From positions 1 through 60,450 of the forward strand of contig JAPLCM010000093.1 in the NCBI GenBank assembly GCA_026392275.1: DNA of 60,450 bases, read 5' to 3'. Origin of the DNA: Actinomycetota bacterium (lineage in GTDB: Bacteria > Actinomycetota > Thermoleophilia > UBA2241). Shown piece by piece: positions 39,652-49,259 of this stretch. The translations under genes were made by a program, and so were the position numbers. The notes beneath the pieces were generated by a model. The model saw only the letters and a list, made by a program, of their open reading frames with translations. It had not been told where the DNA came from and searched no databases. Each line of letters begins with the position of its first letter. The first letter of the stretch is position 1.

Positions 39652-40374
39652 TTAGACCTGGCCCTGCAGGTCCTCCATCATCTTGCGGATGGCAGCTGCC
39701 GACTCACGCATGTCGAGAGCCCGCGAGATCTTCTCGGCTTCGGTGAGCTGCAGCACCGCGTCGATGGTCTGACCCTGCCGGCGATAGTGCGTCGCCTGGT
39801 CGATCTCGTACCTGACGAGATCCGTGAGCATGCGCCGGACCTCCGGATCCTGCAGATCGACCATCTTGCGGCTTGTCGTGACGATGATGTCGGAGAGCGG
39901 CACCCTGCGTTCGCCGGAGCCAGACTCCGCGGCGGCTTCTTCCGCGGCGGCGGACACGCCCTCAGAAAGCGGCGCCGGGTCGGCGACGGCCGGTAGCTCG
40001 CCGGTCGTCTCGTCCTCCGGCGGCGCGGCCGCTGCCGCAGCGGCCGCGAGCGTCACGGTCGAGGTGCCCCGATCCAGGCCGAGGGCGTCGCGCTCGCCGG
40101 TCCCCGTGGTTTCCGGGGTCGGCTCGGGGCTGTCTGGCGCGCCCCGGCTTTCGCGCTGCGCGCCGGGGTCGAGCGTGATGTCTTCCATAGGCTGCTCGGC
40201 CTTGCCGAGGGTGGAGAGAGTGTCCTGCGGCGCGTCGTCCAGGAACGAAGCGTGTGCTGTCGCCGCCGGCGCCTCGCCGCCGGAGCCCCGGCGCCGCGTC
40301 ACCAGCAGCGCGATGATGAGCAGAAGGACGATCGCCGCCGCGACGGCGATGCCCACGATCTGCACGGTGGTCAT
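39652..40374 (-). CDS. Hypothetical single-pass membrane protein with an acidic/Ala-rich linker and a conserved-looking C-terminal domain
   Basis: From ATG 40374: one TM helix (IVGIAVAAAIVLLLIIALLV), a low-complexity region, then VPLSDIIVTTSRKMVDLQDPEVRRMLTDLVRYEIDQATHYRRQG. The rest of ORF 39652..41211 is antisense to rlmN. Confidence 0.55.
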   Translation of the reverse strand: MTTVQIVGIAVAAAIVLLLIIALLVTRRRGSGGEAPAATAHASFLDDAPQDTLSTLGKAEQPMEDITLDPGAQRESRGAPDSPEPTPETTGTGERDALGLDRGTSTVTLAAAAAAAAPPEDETTGELPAVADPAPLSEGVSAAAEEAAAESGSGERRVPLSDIIVTTSRKMVDLQDPEVRRMLTDLVRYEIDQATHYRRQGQTIDAVLQLTEAEKISRALDMRESAAAIRKMMEDLQGQV

Positions 40375-40470
40375 GTGGTCTGAGCCCTTCTGCCGGTCGT
40401 TTGTGCCTTGCAGCGTAGTTGTTCGCCCGGGCGAGCGCCAATCCTTGCTGCGCGGCAGTACAATCGGCGC

Positions 40471-41502
40471 GTGATCGATGCGCCCACCATCGCTGCCGTC
40501 ATGACGGACCTCGGAGAGCCGCCCTACCGGGCGCGCCAGGTCTACGAAGCCCTGACGCGAGGGCTCGCCGTCGATTTCGACGGCATGACCATGCTCCCGG
40601 CGGCACTGCGGCGGGCGCTTGCGGAGCGCCTTCGCCCGCTCAGTCTCGAAGCCGTCGAGACGCGGGCCGCTCCGCGCGGCGCCGCCCGCAAGACCCTGTT
40701 CACGACCGCCGACGGTCACCCCGTCGAGGCCGTGCTCATGGTGTACGCGAAACGCGCCACCGTGTGCGTGTCCACCCAGGTCGGCTGCGCCGTGGGGTGC
40801 GCCTTCTGCGCCTCCGGTCGTCTGGGTCTGCGCCGCGATCTCACGGCAGAGGAGATGGTCGAGCAGGTGTTCCACTTCGCGCGGCTGCTCAGAGGCGACG
40901 AGCGCCGTGTCACCAACGTCGTCTTCATGGGGATGGGCGAGCCGTTCCACAACTACGACGAGACGCTGCGCGCCTGCCGTCTGCTCAACGACGAGTGCGG
41001 CTTCAATCTGGCGGCGCGCTCCATCTCGGTGTCGACGGTGGGCGTGGTGCCCGGCATCGACCGCTTCGCCGAGGAGCCGCTCCAACTCAACCTCGCGGTG
41101 AGTCTTCACGCCGCCACCGACGAGCTCCGCGACCGCCTGGTGCCGCTCAACCGCGCGTATCCCCTGGACGATGTGTTCGCGGCCTGCGCGAGGTACGTGC
41201 GGCGCGCCCACCGCAAGGTCCTTTTTGAGTACGTCGTCCTACGCGGCGTGAACGATACCGACGAGCAGGCGCAGATGCTGGCTGCGCGGGTGCGACCGCC
41301 GCACTACCACCTCAATCTGATCGCTTATAACGACACCGGCGGCGAGTTCGCCCGCCCGCGGGCGGACCAGCTCGCCGCCCTGCGCGCGCGGCTCGAAGCC
41401 GCGGGCGTCAGCTGTACTGTCAGGCGCTCACCCGGGGCGGAGATCGAGGCGGCTTGCGGCCAGCTGGCTCTGCGCCGCGACGAGGCGGATCCTCAGCCCT
41501 GA
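40471..41502 (+). CDS. rlmN: 23S rRNA/tRNA adenine-C2 methyltransferase RlmN (radical SAM)
   Basis: PYRARQVYEAL N-terminus, radical-SAM cluster motif GCAVGCAFCASG, GMGEP, and the C-terminal catalytic Cys region IEAACGQL. Confidence 0.9.
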   Translation: MIDAPTIAAVMTDLGEPPYRARQVYEALTRGLAVDFDGMTMLPAALRRALAERLRPLSLEAVETRAAPRGAARKTLFTTADGHPVEAVLMVYAKRATVCVSTQVGCAVGCAFCASGRLGLRRDLTAEEMVEQVFHFARLLRGDERRVTNVVFMGMGEPFHNYDETLRACRLLNDECGFNLAARSISVSTVGVVPGIDRFAEEPLQLNLAVSLHAATDELRDRLVPLNRAYPLDDVFAACARYVRRAHRKVLFEYVVLRGVNDTDEQAQMLAARVRPPHYHLNLIAYNDTGGEFARPRADQLAALRARLEAAGVSCTVRRSPGAEIEAACGQLALRRDEADPQP

Positions 41503-42449
41503 GGCCATGCGGCGCGCAGCGCCTCCGCGGCGGCCTCGGGGTCGACGGTCACCAGCGCGATGTCGGCGCCGAGCTCGAGCCCGGCGATGCTCGAGAGGCG
41601 TGGCGCCAGCTCCACGTGCCAGTGAAAGACCCCGCGAAGCTCCGCAGGCGCCGTGTGCAACCACAGGTTGAGCGGCGCGCCGCCGGTCGCGGTGTCCACC
41701 GCGACAAGGGCGCGCCGCAGGGCGCCGGCCAGCGGCCGCAGGTCGGCGCTCCGCACGTCGGGCTCGTGGGCTTTGGGGGCGAGCCACACCTCTCCGGGGA
41801 AGCGCGTCGCCGCCGGCACCCAGGCCGCTACGTCGCCGTCGTGAACGAGGCGCTCGCCGGCGCCGTCGATCTCGGCGCAGAGCACGCACCCGCCGAAGCG
41901 GTTGCTGAAACGCTCGAACTCGAGGAGCTCGTCGAGCAGCAGGGGCGGCACCACCGGGGTGCCGAACAGCTGTGCGTGAGGGTGCTCGAGCGAGGCGCCG
42001 GCCCCCGGACCGCGGTTGACGATCAGCGTCGCGGCCGCCGCCCCGGTGCCCATCTGCGCGGCGATGCGCCGGCGCCACACTTCGAGGACTTCGAGCAGGC
42101 CGTCGTCGCCGAGGTCCTCCAGCTCCGCGTCATGCTGCGGCGAATGCACGATCACCTCGTGCCTGCCGGCGAGCGCGGGGTACTTGTTGGGGACGACACG
42201 GATCCGCCAGCCCGGCGCGTCGGGGGCGCTGCCGCGGGGCCGCACGGCTTCGGTCTCGGGCGGAGTGAGCCCCTCGTTGCCGGCGCAGAATGGGCATGGG
42301 CCTGCTGCGCCGGCGACTTCCGCGGCGTGCAGGTCGCTGGGTCGCGCCGCGCGCTCCGGCGCGACGATCGTCAGTCTTCCGCTGACCGGGTTGCGGCGGA
42401 GCTCGCCGCCGAAGGTGGAATGATCGCCGCTCGTCGTCGCTCCTCGCAT
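41493..42449 (-). CDS. Galactose-1-phosphate uridylyltransferase-family (GalT/HIT-like) nucleotidyltransferase
   Basis: Zinc/active-site motifs CPFCAGNE and HPHAQL. 318 aa. Confidence 0.7.
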   Translation of the reverse strand: MRGATTSGDHSTFGGELRRNPVSGRLTIVAPERAARPSDLHAAEVAGAAGPCPFCAGNEGLTPPETEAVRPRGSAPDAPGWRIRVVPNKYPALAGRHEVIVHSPQHDAELEDLGDDGLLEVLEVWRRRIAAQMGTGAAAATLIVNRGPGAGASLEHPHAQLFGTPVVPPLLLDELLEFERFSNRFGGCVLCAEIDGAGERLVHDGDVAAWVPAATRFPGEVWLAPKAHEPDVRSADLRPLAGALRRALVAVDTATGGAPLNLWLHTAPAELRGVFHWHVELAPRLSSIAGLELGADIALVTVDPEAAAEALRAAWPQG

Positions 42450-42463
42450 CGCCTCGGGAGAGG

Positions 42464-43207
42464 CTACTCCGCGGCGAGCGAGCCGTCGAGCGAGGCGTCG
42501 AGCACCGCCCCCTCGTCGTCTTCCTTGGAGCGATACAGCTGGCGCGCATCGCGAAGCCTGTCGTACTCGTCGTTCAGCACCGCGCCCATCTCACGCCACA
42601 GGCAGACATCCTGCTTGAGGTGCTTCGCCTTGATCACCGCGGTGCACTCGGCGTCGAGCGGGCAGGCATAGCACACCTCGTTTTCCACGACGTTCACCGT
42701 CTTGCGCGAGCGCTCGCCCTCGTCGATGCGCCGATAGGCGTCGAGGAGCAGCTCCTGGACGTCTCCCTGGATGGTGACCTGGAAGCGCGGCATCTGCTCG
42801 GGCTCGTCGTAGATGAACACACCGTTCTGCCAGTGGGCCAGCTCGAACACCTGGTCCAGCGTCTGCCTGCTCATGACCTCGCGGATCCGGGCTTCGCTGG
42901 TGAAGCCCCTTTCGATCAGGCGCTGGCCGAGCGGTTTGAACTTCTTCTGGTCGTGTGTGAGCTCCGAATCCTCCATGAGGGCCTCGGCGAGTTGCTGCTC
43001 GCTGAGGCAGCCGGCTTTGAGAAGGCGCGTGCCCAGCTTCTCGTCGGAGATCGGCAGGGAGATCCCCTCCACGCTGCCGTCGACGAGGTAGATGAACCCG
43101 TACTCCTCGAAATCGCGTACCTCGAGCACGCCGGTGGCGGCGTTCTGCGCAAGGAACTGCAGGACGCTCGCCAGGTCAAACCTGCGGATCGATCCCTGGA
43201 GCAGCAT
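42464..43207 (-). CDS. DUF4388-domain protein
   Basis: MLLQGSIRRFDLASVLQFLAQNAATGVLEVRDFEEYGFIYLVDGSV matches the DUF4388 N-terminal signature. Cys-containing C-terminal half. Confidence 0.6.
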   Translation of the reverse strand: MLLQGSIRRFDLASVLQFLAQNAATGVLEVRDFEEYGFIYLVDGSVEGISLPISDEKLGTRLLKAGCLSEQQLAEALMEDSELTHDQKKFKPLGQRLIERGFTSEARIREVMSRQTLDQVFELAHWQNGVFIYDEPEQMPRFQVTIQGDVQELLLDAYRRIDEGERSRKTVNVVENEVCYACPLDAECTAVIKAKHLKQDVCLWREMGAVLNDEYDRLRDARQLYRSKEDDEGAVLDASLDGSLAAE

Positions 43208-43317
43208 GGCCCTGTCTCTGCCGGCTTTCGTCGTGCATTCGGCGTATCGGCAGATTGCAGGTAAAAACTTAGGGCGGCGGCAGCGTTGATCGCGCGGCGG
43301 AGGCCGGCCCGGCCAAA

Positions 43318-43347
43318 TTGACCCGACCTTCGCCGCACGGCTATACT
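43318..43347 (+). promoter_or_regulatory. Putative sigma-70-type promoter of rpmH
   Basis: TTGACC (43318-43323), an 18-nt spacer, then TATACT (43342-43347), about 36 nt upstream of the rpmH start. Confidence 0.5.
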
Positions 43348-43383
43348 GCACGTTCCGAGTATCGGCAATCGAGCGAGGAAGCT

Positions 43384-43518
43384 GTGAAGAGGACCTACCA
43401 ACCGAACACCCGTAAGCGCAGCAAGACCCACGGCTTTCGCAAGCGGATGAGCACCCGCGCGGGTCGGGCGGTCATCAAGAACCGGCGGCAGAAGGGGCGC
43501 AAGCGCCTCTCGGCTTAG
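43384..43518 (+). CDS. rpmH: 50S ribosomal protein L34
   Basis: [44 protein letters not shown] is near-invariant L34 sequence. GTG start with GAGGAAG upstream. Confidence 0.95.
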   Translation: MKRTYQPNTRKRSKTHGFRKRMSTRAGRAVIKNRRQKGRKRLSA

Positions 43519-43529
43519 TCGCCCGGCCT

Positions 43530-43916
43530 ATGGCCACCAAGCGCCCCCGCCTTTCGCGTTCATCCGACTTCCGACGTATCTACAGGCAGGGGAGTTCGAC
43601 GGCTTCCCGGTTCCTCGTGCTCTACTCGTTCAAGCGCCCAGCAGAGACGGGCGCCGAGGGGCCGAGGCTGGGGCTGTCAGTCTCGAAGAAGCTGGGCGGA
43701 GCCGTCGTCCGCAACCGCGTCAAGCGTCTGCTGCGCGAGGCCTTTCGGGGCTGCGCGGAGAATCTGGCCGAGGAGTACGATCTCGTGGTGATCGCGCGCC
43801 CGCACCTGCTCGAGCTCGTCGCTCGCGAGAGCGCCGGGGAGAAAGGCGTCGTCGGCGCGGCCGTGCGCGAGCTTCTGGTCCGCGCCGGCGTCCTCAGCGA
43901 GGTCCAAGGCTCTTGA
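43530..43916 (+). CDS. rnpA: Ribonuclease P protein component
   Basis: Follows rpmH. Basic protein with the RNR-like motif ([16 protein letters not shown]). Confidence 0.9.
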   Translation: MATKRPRLSRSSDFRRIYRQGSSTASRFLVLYSFKRPAETGAEGPRLGLSVSKKLGGAVVRNRVKRLLREAFRGCAENLAEEYDLVVIARPHLLELVARESAGEKGVVGAAVRELLVRAGVLSEVQGS

Positions 43917-44179
43917 ACAGGATCCTCATCGCCTTCATCAAGGTGTACCAGTACACGATGTCGCCGCTTCTCGGGCCGCGTTGCAGGTACTACCCGTCGT
44001 GCTCCAACTACGCCGTGGACGCGCTGCGCGAGCACGGCGCGGTGCGCGGTCTCGGTCTGGCCACGTGGCGCCTGCTGCGCTGCAACCCTTTCAGCAACGG
44101 TGGCTACGACCCGGTGCCGCCGCGCCACAAGTGCAGCGAGCCCGAGCACTGCGAGACGAACATGAACACCCATGTATAA
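43913..44179 (+). CDS. yidD: Membrane protein insertion efficiency factor YidD
   Basis: [34 protein letters not shown]...[16 protein letters not shown]. The TTG start overlapping the rnpA stop is tentative. Confidence 0.85.
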   Translation: MNRILIAFIKVYQYTMSPLLGPRCRYYPSCSNYAVDALREHGAVRGLGLATWRLLRCNPFSNGGYDPVPPRHKCSEPEHCETNMNTHV

Positions 44180-45146
44180 CTTCCCAATCCTCAAGCAGCT
44201 GGTCCTGCTGCTGCACTGGATCCTCGTCACGATCAACGGCGCTCTGGAGTCCATTGGGCTGAGTTCCAACTGGAGCTGGGGCTTGGCCATCATCGGGCTG
44301 ACCATCATGGTCCGTCTGGTGCTCTTCCCCCTCACGTGGAAGCAGTTCAGCTCGGCGCGGTCCATGCAGGTCATCCAGCCGCAGCTCAAGGAGCTGCAGA
44401 AGAAGTACAAGGGCGACCGCGGCAAGCTCCAGGCGGAGACGATGAAGCTCTACCAGGAGCATCGGGTCAACCCGTTCGCCTCCTGCCTGCCTCTCCTTCT
44501 TCAGCTGCCCGTCTTCATCTCGCTGTATGCGGCCATCAAGGGTCTCGGCCCCCTCAGCGCGCCCCAATACCAGGCCTCGGTCGAGGCTCTGAACAACGCC
44601 AGCTTCCTGTGGATCCCCCATCTTGGGCTGCCGGATCCGTACTACATCCTGCTTGTCCTCTATGTCGTCTCCCAGCTGATCTCGACGGAGCTGATGCTCT
44701 CCGCGCAGACCGACAAGTCGCAGAAGATGATCATGCGGGCCATGCCCATCATGTTCGTGTTCTTCCTGTTCCGCTTTCCGGCCGGTCTGTTCGTCTACTG
44801 GGTGACCACTAACATCTGGACCATCGGCCAGCAGCTGCTCATCCGCAAGGTGATGAAGCCCAAGGACCTGGAGACGATGACCGCGAAGCCCGTCAAGCGC
44901 AGCCGCTTCATGGAGGCGCTCACGGCGGCGCAGGGCGACCGTGTGCAGACCCGCGAGGATCTCATCGCCAAGCAGAGGGCCGAGAAGGCGAAACAACAGG
45001 GGGGCGCCAAGCAGGCCGCCGGCCAGCCGGCGGCCAAGAAGGGCGCCCGCAAGGCCCCGCCCGGCAAGGGCAAGAGCAAGCAGAGCCCGAAGCAGAGCCC
45101 GCCGGCGGGTCAGGGCAAGAGCCAGAGCGGCCCGGCGGGCGGCTGA
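44172..45146 (+). CDS. yidC: Membrane protein insertase YidC (short Gram-positive type)
   Basis: [46 protein letters not shown]-like [15 protein letters not shown], and a Lys-rich C-terminal tail. Confidence 0.9.
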   Translation: MYNFPILKQLVLLLHWILVTINGALESIGLSSNWSWGLAIIGLTIMVRLVLFPLTWKQFSSARSMQVIQPQLKELQKKYKGDRGKLQAETMKLYQEHRVNPFASCLPLLLQLPVFISLYAAIKGLGPLSAPQYQASVEALNNASFLWIPHLGLPDPYYILLVLYVVSQLISTELMLSAQTDKSQKMIMRAMPIMFVFFLFRFPAGLFVYWVTTNIWTIGQQLLIRKVMKPKDLETMTAKPVKRSRFMEALTAAQGDRVQTREDLIAKQRAEKAKQQGGAKQAAGQPAAKKGARKAPPGKGKSKQSPKQSPPAGQGKSQSGPAGG

Positions 45147-45197
45147 GCACAGCCTTCTGCAGGGCCGTCGTTACTCCCTTGGGGAGCGGAGGCAGCG

Positions 45198-45926
45198 ATG
45201 ACCGAGCCTGACGACCTTCAGCCTGTCGACGACGGCGAAGACGACGACACCGAGTTCGCGACCATCGCCGGCGCGGCCACGATACCGGAGGCCAAGCGCA
45301 AGGCACTTGAGCAGCTGCGCAAGGTCGTCCCCTACGTCAACGAAGCCGATGTCGACTTCGTCGTCATGGAAGAGGGCAGCAAGGGCGGCCTATTCGGCCG
45401 CGGCAAGAGCGAAGCCCGGGTCGAGGCACGCGTCCTGCCCGCGGGAGAGCGCCCCGGCGGCGACCTTCAGCTCGACGCCGAGGTGCTGCGGGAATTCGTG
45501 CAGACCACGGTCGATCTCATGGGCATCGAGGCGTACGTCGGCGCCGGCGAAGCCGGTGAGGCGGTGAAGGCCGACATCAGCGGCGACGATCTCGGCATTC
45601 TCATAGGGCGGCACGGCGCCACCATCGACGCCCTGCAGTACATCGCCGCCATCGTGGTCAACGGCGACCGTCGCGAGCGGTGCCAGGTGATCGTCGACGC
45701 CGAGGGCTATCGCGAGCGCCGCGAGGTCGCGCTGTCGTCGCTGGCCGAGCGCACGGCGCAGAAGGTCGTTCGGGATGGCGCCGCTATCGCTCTTCAGCCC
45801 ATGACGGCGGCCGAGCGCAAGGTGATCCATCTGCACCTCAAGGACCATCCTCGTGTCGAGACCGTGTCGGAGGGCAACGAGCCTTTCCGGGCGGTGGTCG
45901 TCTCTCTCCAACGGCCCAGCGGCTGA
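45198..45926 (+). CDS. jag: Jag/KhpB RNA-binding protein (Jag-N, KH, R3H)
   Basis: Position after yidC. KH-like GRHGATIDALQYI. R3H region MTAAERKVIHLHLKDHPRVETVSEGNEPFRAVVV. Confidence 0.85.
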   Translation: MTEPDDLQPVDDGEDDDTEFATIAGAATIPEAKRKALEQLRKVVPYVNEADVDFVVMEEGSKGGLFGRGKSEARVEARVLPAGERPGGDLQLDAEVLREFVQTTVDLMGIEAYVGAGEAGEAVKADISGDDLGILIGRHGATIDALQYIAAIVVNGDRRERCQVIVDAEGYRERREVALSSLAERTAQKVVRDGAAIALQPMTAAERKVIHLHLKDHPRVETVSEGNEPFRAVVVSLQRPSG

Positions 45927-46036
45927 CGTCCCGGGGCATCCTCTCTAAAGGAGGAGCCCCTGCGAGTCGATAGAACAACGTGGCGGCCCTGCAGCGAGGG
46001 CGTCGGGGTCCAATCACGCCAGAGGGAGGCAAGCTC

Positions 46037-47041
46037 ATGCGCGGGAAGTCCATGTCAAGGTGGCTGGTGCTGGTGCTCGCACTGACCCTGCTCGCGGTCG
46101 CAGGCTGCGGTGGGGACACGTCGACATCCGGCGGTTCTCCGGAAGCCACGACCGTCGCCGCGGGCGTGTCCGCCGATCAGGTCGTCAAAGACAGCGAAGC
46201 CAAGATGGCGCAGCTCACCAGCGCGTCGTTCACCGCCGACATGGGCCTCGAGATCCAGGGCGACCCGACCAAGATGACCGACCCCACGCAGAAGGCGATG
46301 CTCTCCCAGGGCCTCTCGCTGCACGCGGAGGGAAAGAGCGCGACCGACCCGATGGCCGCCGACATCAAGATGAGTGTGGGTATCGCCGGGCAGACCCTGG
46401 ACTTCGGGCTGATGGCGCAGGGCGACAAGGCGTGGGTGGAGTACCAGGGCAAGTGGTACGCGGTGGACGCGAAGAACTCCAAGAGCCTGAGCAACCAGGC
46501 CAAGACCGGCGCGGCGCCCACCGAGCAACTGAAGAGCCTGGGCCTCGACCCGTCGGCCTGGGGCGCGAGCTACGAGATGGTCGGCGCCGAGGACATGGCC
46601 GGCACGCAGGTCTATCACGTCAGGGCCACGGCCGACCCTGCCAAGCTTGCCGAAGACCTCACCAAGGCGATGAACGATCCCGGCCTGCTTGACAAGCTGG
46701 GTGACCCGGGCACGGCCAAACAGCTTGAGCAGGGCCTGGCGCAGAACAAGAAGCAGATCGAGGAGCTCAAGAAGAGCCTCACGACCGTCACGATCGACTA
46801 CTGGATCGGCGTCGACGACATGCTGATGCGCAAGGCGGGGTTCTCCGCCGCTCTGGCCCCCAAGGGCCAGGACGGCATGGACGGCGTCGACGGCATGACC
46901 ATGAAGATGAGCATGACGATGGCCGACTTCGATCAGCCGGTCAGCGTCACTCCACCGGCCACGGCGCTACCCTTCGACAAGCTCATGAACGAGGTGTTCG
47001 GCGGCCTGATGGGCAGCAGCGGCTCCGGGCTGAGCTTCTGA
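46037..47041 (+). CDS. Hypothetical lipoprotein (LolA-like/lipoprotein-sorting fold suspected)
   Basis: Lipobox LLAVAGC and GAGGGAGG Shine-Dalgarno. Beta-rich body with Met-rich C-terminal segment. Confidence 0.6.
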   Translation: MRGKSMSRWLVLVLALTLLAVAGCGGDTSTSGGSPEATTVAAGVSADQVVKDSEAKMAQLTSASFTADMGLEIQGDPTKMTDPTQKAMLSQGLSLHAEGKSATDPMAADIKMSVGIAGQTLDFGLMAQGDKAWVEYQGKWYAVDAKNSKSLSNQAKTGAAPTEQLKSLGLDPSAWGASYEMVGAEDMAGTQVYHVRATADPAKLAEDLTKAMNDPGLLDKLGDPGTAKQLEQGLAQNKKQIEELKKSLTTVTIDYWIGVDDMLMRKAGFSAALAPKGQDGMDGVDGMTMKMSMTMADFDQPVSVTPPATALPFDKLMNEVFGGLMGSSGSGLSF

Positions 47042-47081
47042 CGAAGACGTGAAAGGCCGCCGCGCACGGTGAGCCGAAGAC

Positions 47082-47127
47082 CACGAAGGGCCGGGAGGCG
47101 CCGTGAGGCGCCTCCCGGCCCTTCGTG
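47082..47127. terminator. Bidirectional terminator hairpin between convergent genes
   Basis: Perfect 21-bp stem cacgaagggccgggaggcgcc / ggcgcctcccggcccttcgtg with 4-nt loop gtga. Lies between the stops at 47041 (+) and 47140 (-). Confidence 0.65.
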
Positions 47128-47139
47128 CGTACGGTCGGC

Positions 47140-48594
47140 TCAGCGGTCCCAGTCGAAGTCGCGGGACTGCGTCTTCTCCCAGGATGCAGCCTCGTCGTCG
47201 CTGCGCTGCCCGAGCAGCGACTTGCTGAGGATCTCGGGCGGCTTCTGCGCCGCCACGCTGGGCGGCTCCGGCTCGGCCGGAGCCGCTTGCGGGGCGCCGG
47301 GCTGAGGTGCAGCCTGCGGTTCGGGCTGCGGGCGCGCGGTGGCGGCCCGGCTGATCTGCGCCGCGGCGAGCTGCACGGTGCCGTCGGCGCGCACGCCGGC
47401 GTTGGGGCGCAGGTCGGCGAGCTCGTCGTAGCCGCGGTCGACCATGCGCACGCCGCCGCCCTCGGAGTCGACGTGGAAGCGGTACCAGCCCATCGACCAC
47501 ATGAACGTGACCACCGTGGTCTCGCCGTCGGAACCGACGTGCACAGACGGCAGGCCGAGTTGTTCGTTGGTCTCCGCGATCTTGTGCGGGACGCGGCTGA
47601 CGTTGAGAAGGTCGACGCCGCGCTGCAGGATGGTCAGGGCGGCCGCCTCGGCTTCGAGTTCCGCGGTCGTCGGCGCGGACACGGGCGCCTCCGCGGGGGA
47701 AGCAGGTGCGGCGGCCGGCCCGTCAGCGAGGTCCGCTTTGGGCTCCGTGGGCGTCTCGGCGACCAGGGCCGCCGTCTCCGCGGCTATCGACGAGACGACT
47801 GCCGGTAGGGCCTCGGCATCGGCCGGCGCGCTCGGCGCCGGCTGCGGCTCCGGGGTGAGGGTCGTCTCGGGGTCGCCGGCCGGCTCGGCGTCGGCGGCCG
47901 GCGCCGGCGGGACCGGGGACTCCGCGAGCTGCTCGTCGGTGATCGCGGGGATGGGCTGCGTGTCTTCGACGACCCCAGCCGGCATCTCACGCTGCGGCGG
48001 CTCGACCGGCACGACGTCGTCCGGCGACGTCGCCGGCGAGGGCGCCGGTGTCTCGTCGCGCAACGCCGCGAACTCGGCGGCGAACTCGGCGGGCGTCTCG
48101 CCCCAGGTGCGCTCTCCGGGCTCGGAGGAGTCGCCGGTCGGCGGTGCGGCGATGGCCGCCGCGACGACCGCGGGACCCGCGGCAGACGGGATGAGCGGTT
48201 CGGCCGGCACGGTCGCGCCTTGCGCGCGTGCCAGCCGGCCGGAGAGCTCCTGTTTCTCTGCCTCGACGCGCGCGAGCTGCGCCTGCAGACGCTCGATCTC
48301 CGCATCCTTGTCTTTGAGCGCCTTCCAGAAGGCGTTGCTCTCGGTGTGGGGATCGCGCTCGTCCTCATGCGTCTCGCGCTCGCGCTCGGTGTCGGCGGGC
48401 ACAGGGCTCGCGGGCACGGGCTCGGCCCCCCTCGGGGCATGGGTCTGCCCACAGAGCGAACAGATGATCAGTTCATCGCCGTTGGCGTCGATCACTTTCT
48501 GGGTGCGCTCACCGGCGAGGAGCGTGCGCCCACATTCCGCGCAGACTGCCTGGTCTGGCTCGTCCTTACCTTGACCGAAGATGCGTCCAAACAT
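47140..48594 (-). CDS. Hypothetical zinc-ribbon / coiled-coil / Pro-Ala-Glu-rich protein with a globular C-terminal domain
   Basis: From ATG 48594: CAECG..(23 aa)..CSLCG zinc ribbon, coiled coil KDAEIERLQAQLARVEAEKQEL, and a long low-complexity PAE-rich spacer. C-terminal domain: TTVVTFMWSMGWYRFHVDSEGGGVRMVDRGYDEL. Confidence 0.55.
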   Translation of the reverse strand: MFGRIFGQGKDEPDQAVCAECGRTLLAGERTQKVIDANGDELIICSLCGQTHAPRGAEPVPASPVPADTERERETHEDERDPHTESNAFWKALKDKDAEIERLQAQLARVEAEKQELSGRLARAQGATVPAEPLIPSAAGPAVVAAAIAAPPTGDSSEPGERTWGETPAEFAAEFAALRDETPAPSPATSPDDVVPVEPPQREMPAGVVEDTQPIPAITDEQLAESPVPPAPAADAEPAGDPETTLTPEPQPAPSAPADAEALPAVVSSIAAETAALVAETPTEPKADLADGPAAAPASPAEAPVSAPTTAELEAEAAALTILQRGVDLLNVSRVPHKIAETNEQLGLPSVHVGSDGETTVVTFMWSMGWYRFHVDSEGGGVRMVDRGYDELADLRPNAGVRADGTVQLAAAQISRAATARPQPEPQAAPQPGAPQAAPAEPEPPSVAAQKPPEILSKSLLGQRSDDEAASWEKTQSRDFDWDR

Positions 48595-48672
48595 CGTCAC
48601 TTCCGTGTGAGTGCCGCCCCCAGGGGCCGGAAAAGTGCTGCAAGAAGGCACATGATAGCAGAACCGGCCCGA

Positions 48673-48918
48673 CTATCCCCCGTCGTCCTCGTCGTCCGCG
48701 TCCTCTGGCATGGCGTCGTACTCGGCGAGCACGCTGCGGGCGCGGTCCGCGTCTTCCTCGCGCACGAGGATGTGATAGGGGTTCGCCGTGGGCGTCGGGT
48801 ACGCGCCTGGGGCGCCGCCCCCGTCGGTCATGGCCTCGATGCCGGCTTGCTCGAGGACTCCCCTGACGATGTTGGCGAGTACTGCGTCGCAGACGGTCAT
48901 CACGGGCACCAGCTCCAT
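48673..48918 (-). CDS. DUF2007-like small protein
   Basis: MELVPVMTVCDAVLANIVRGVLEQAGIEAM...YHILVREEDADRARSVLAEY with an acidic tail. Confidence 0.6.
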   Translation of the reverse strand: MELVPVMTVCDAVLANIVRGVLEQAGIEAMTDGGGAPGAYPTPTANPYHILVREEDADRARSVLAEYDAMPEDADDEDDGG

Positions 48919-48990
48919 GGCTTCACCTCGCGATCCGGTTCGGGGGCGTCGCGGCGCGGCGCATCGGCAGTATACCCGCGCTGCGTCGTG

Positions 48991-49209
48991 TCAGGACGCC
49001 GTCTGCGCATCCGGCCCTCTCGGTGAGTCCCGATCCTCGCTGATGCACTCTGCATCGTCGATCAGTTCGCGCGCGCGGGCGGCATCGGCTTCTCGGACGA
49101 ACACGTCGATGGCGCCCGGCTGGGGCATCATGACGTAGACCCTGGTCGCGATGTTGGTGCCGCCGAGCTCGGCATGGATGCCCTCGGCGGCGAGGAGCTC
49201 GCGCCACAT
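48991..49209 (-). CDS. DUF2007-like small protein, apparently N-terminally truncated by an in-frame TAG
   Basis: MWRELLAAEGIHAELGG...IDVFVREADAARARELIDD is paralogous to 48673..48918. The frame continues upstream through TAG (49245-49243) to ATG 49263, which overlaps the nfo stop as ATGA. Confidence 0.5.
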   Translation of the reverse strand: MWRELLAAEGIHAELGGTNIATRVYVMMPQPGAIDVFVREADAARARELIDDAECISEDRDSPRGPDAQTAS

Positions 49210-49259
49210 AATGGCGACGACGATGTCTGTTGTCGCCGCAATCTAGACGATGCGTTCGC

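Noticed and set aside
39652-41211. Full 519-aa minus-strand ORF
   Set aside because: Only the part downstream of ATG 40374 (TM helix plus C-terminal domain) looks coding. The upstream 279 codons are antisense to rlmN and have shadow-ORF composition.
43208-43383. oriC next to rpmH
   Set aside because: I found no dnaA gene in the window and no cluster of DnaA-box-like 9-mers in the spacer. I therefore report only the absence.
28081-49245. Pyrrolysine or sense decoding of TAG, suggested by two early in-frame TAGs and an MttB-like remnant
   Set aside because: TAG clearly terminates several well-defined genes here (gcvPB-like at 16084, NAD-kinase-like at 17765, saccharopine dehydrogenase homologue at 20374). 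No pylSBCD or tRNA-Pyl was seen. Neither TAG is at the position of the known Pyl codon in methyltransferases.
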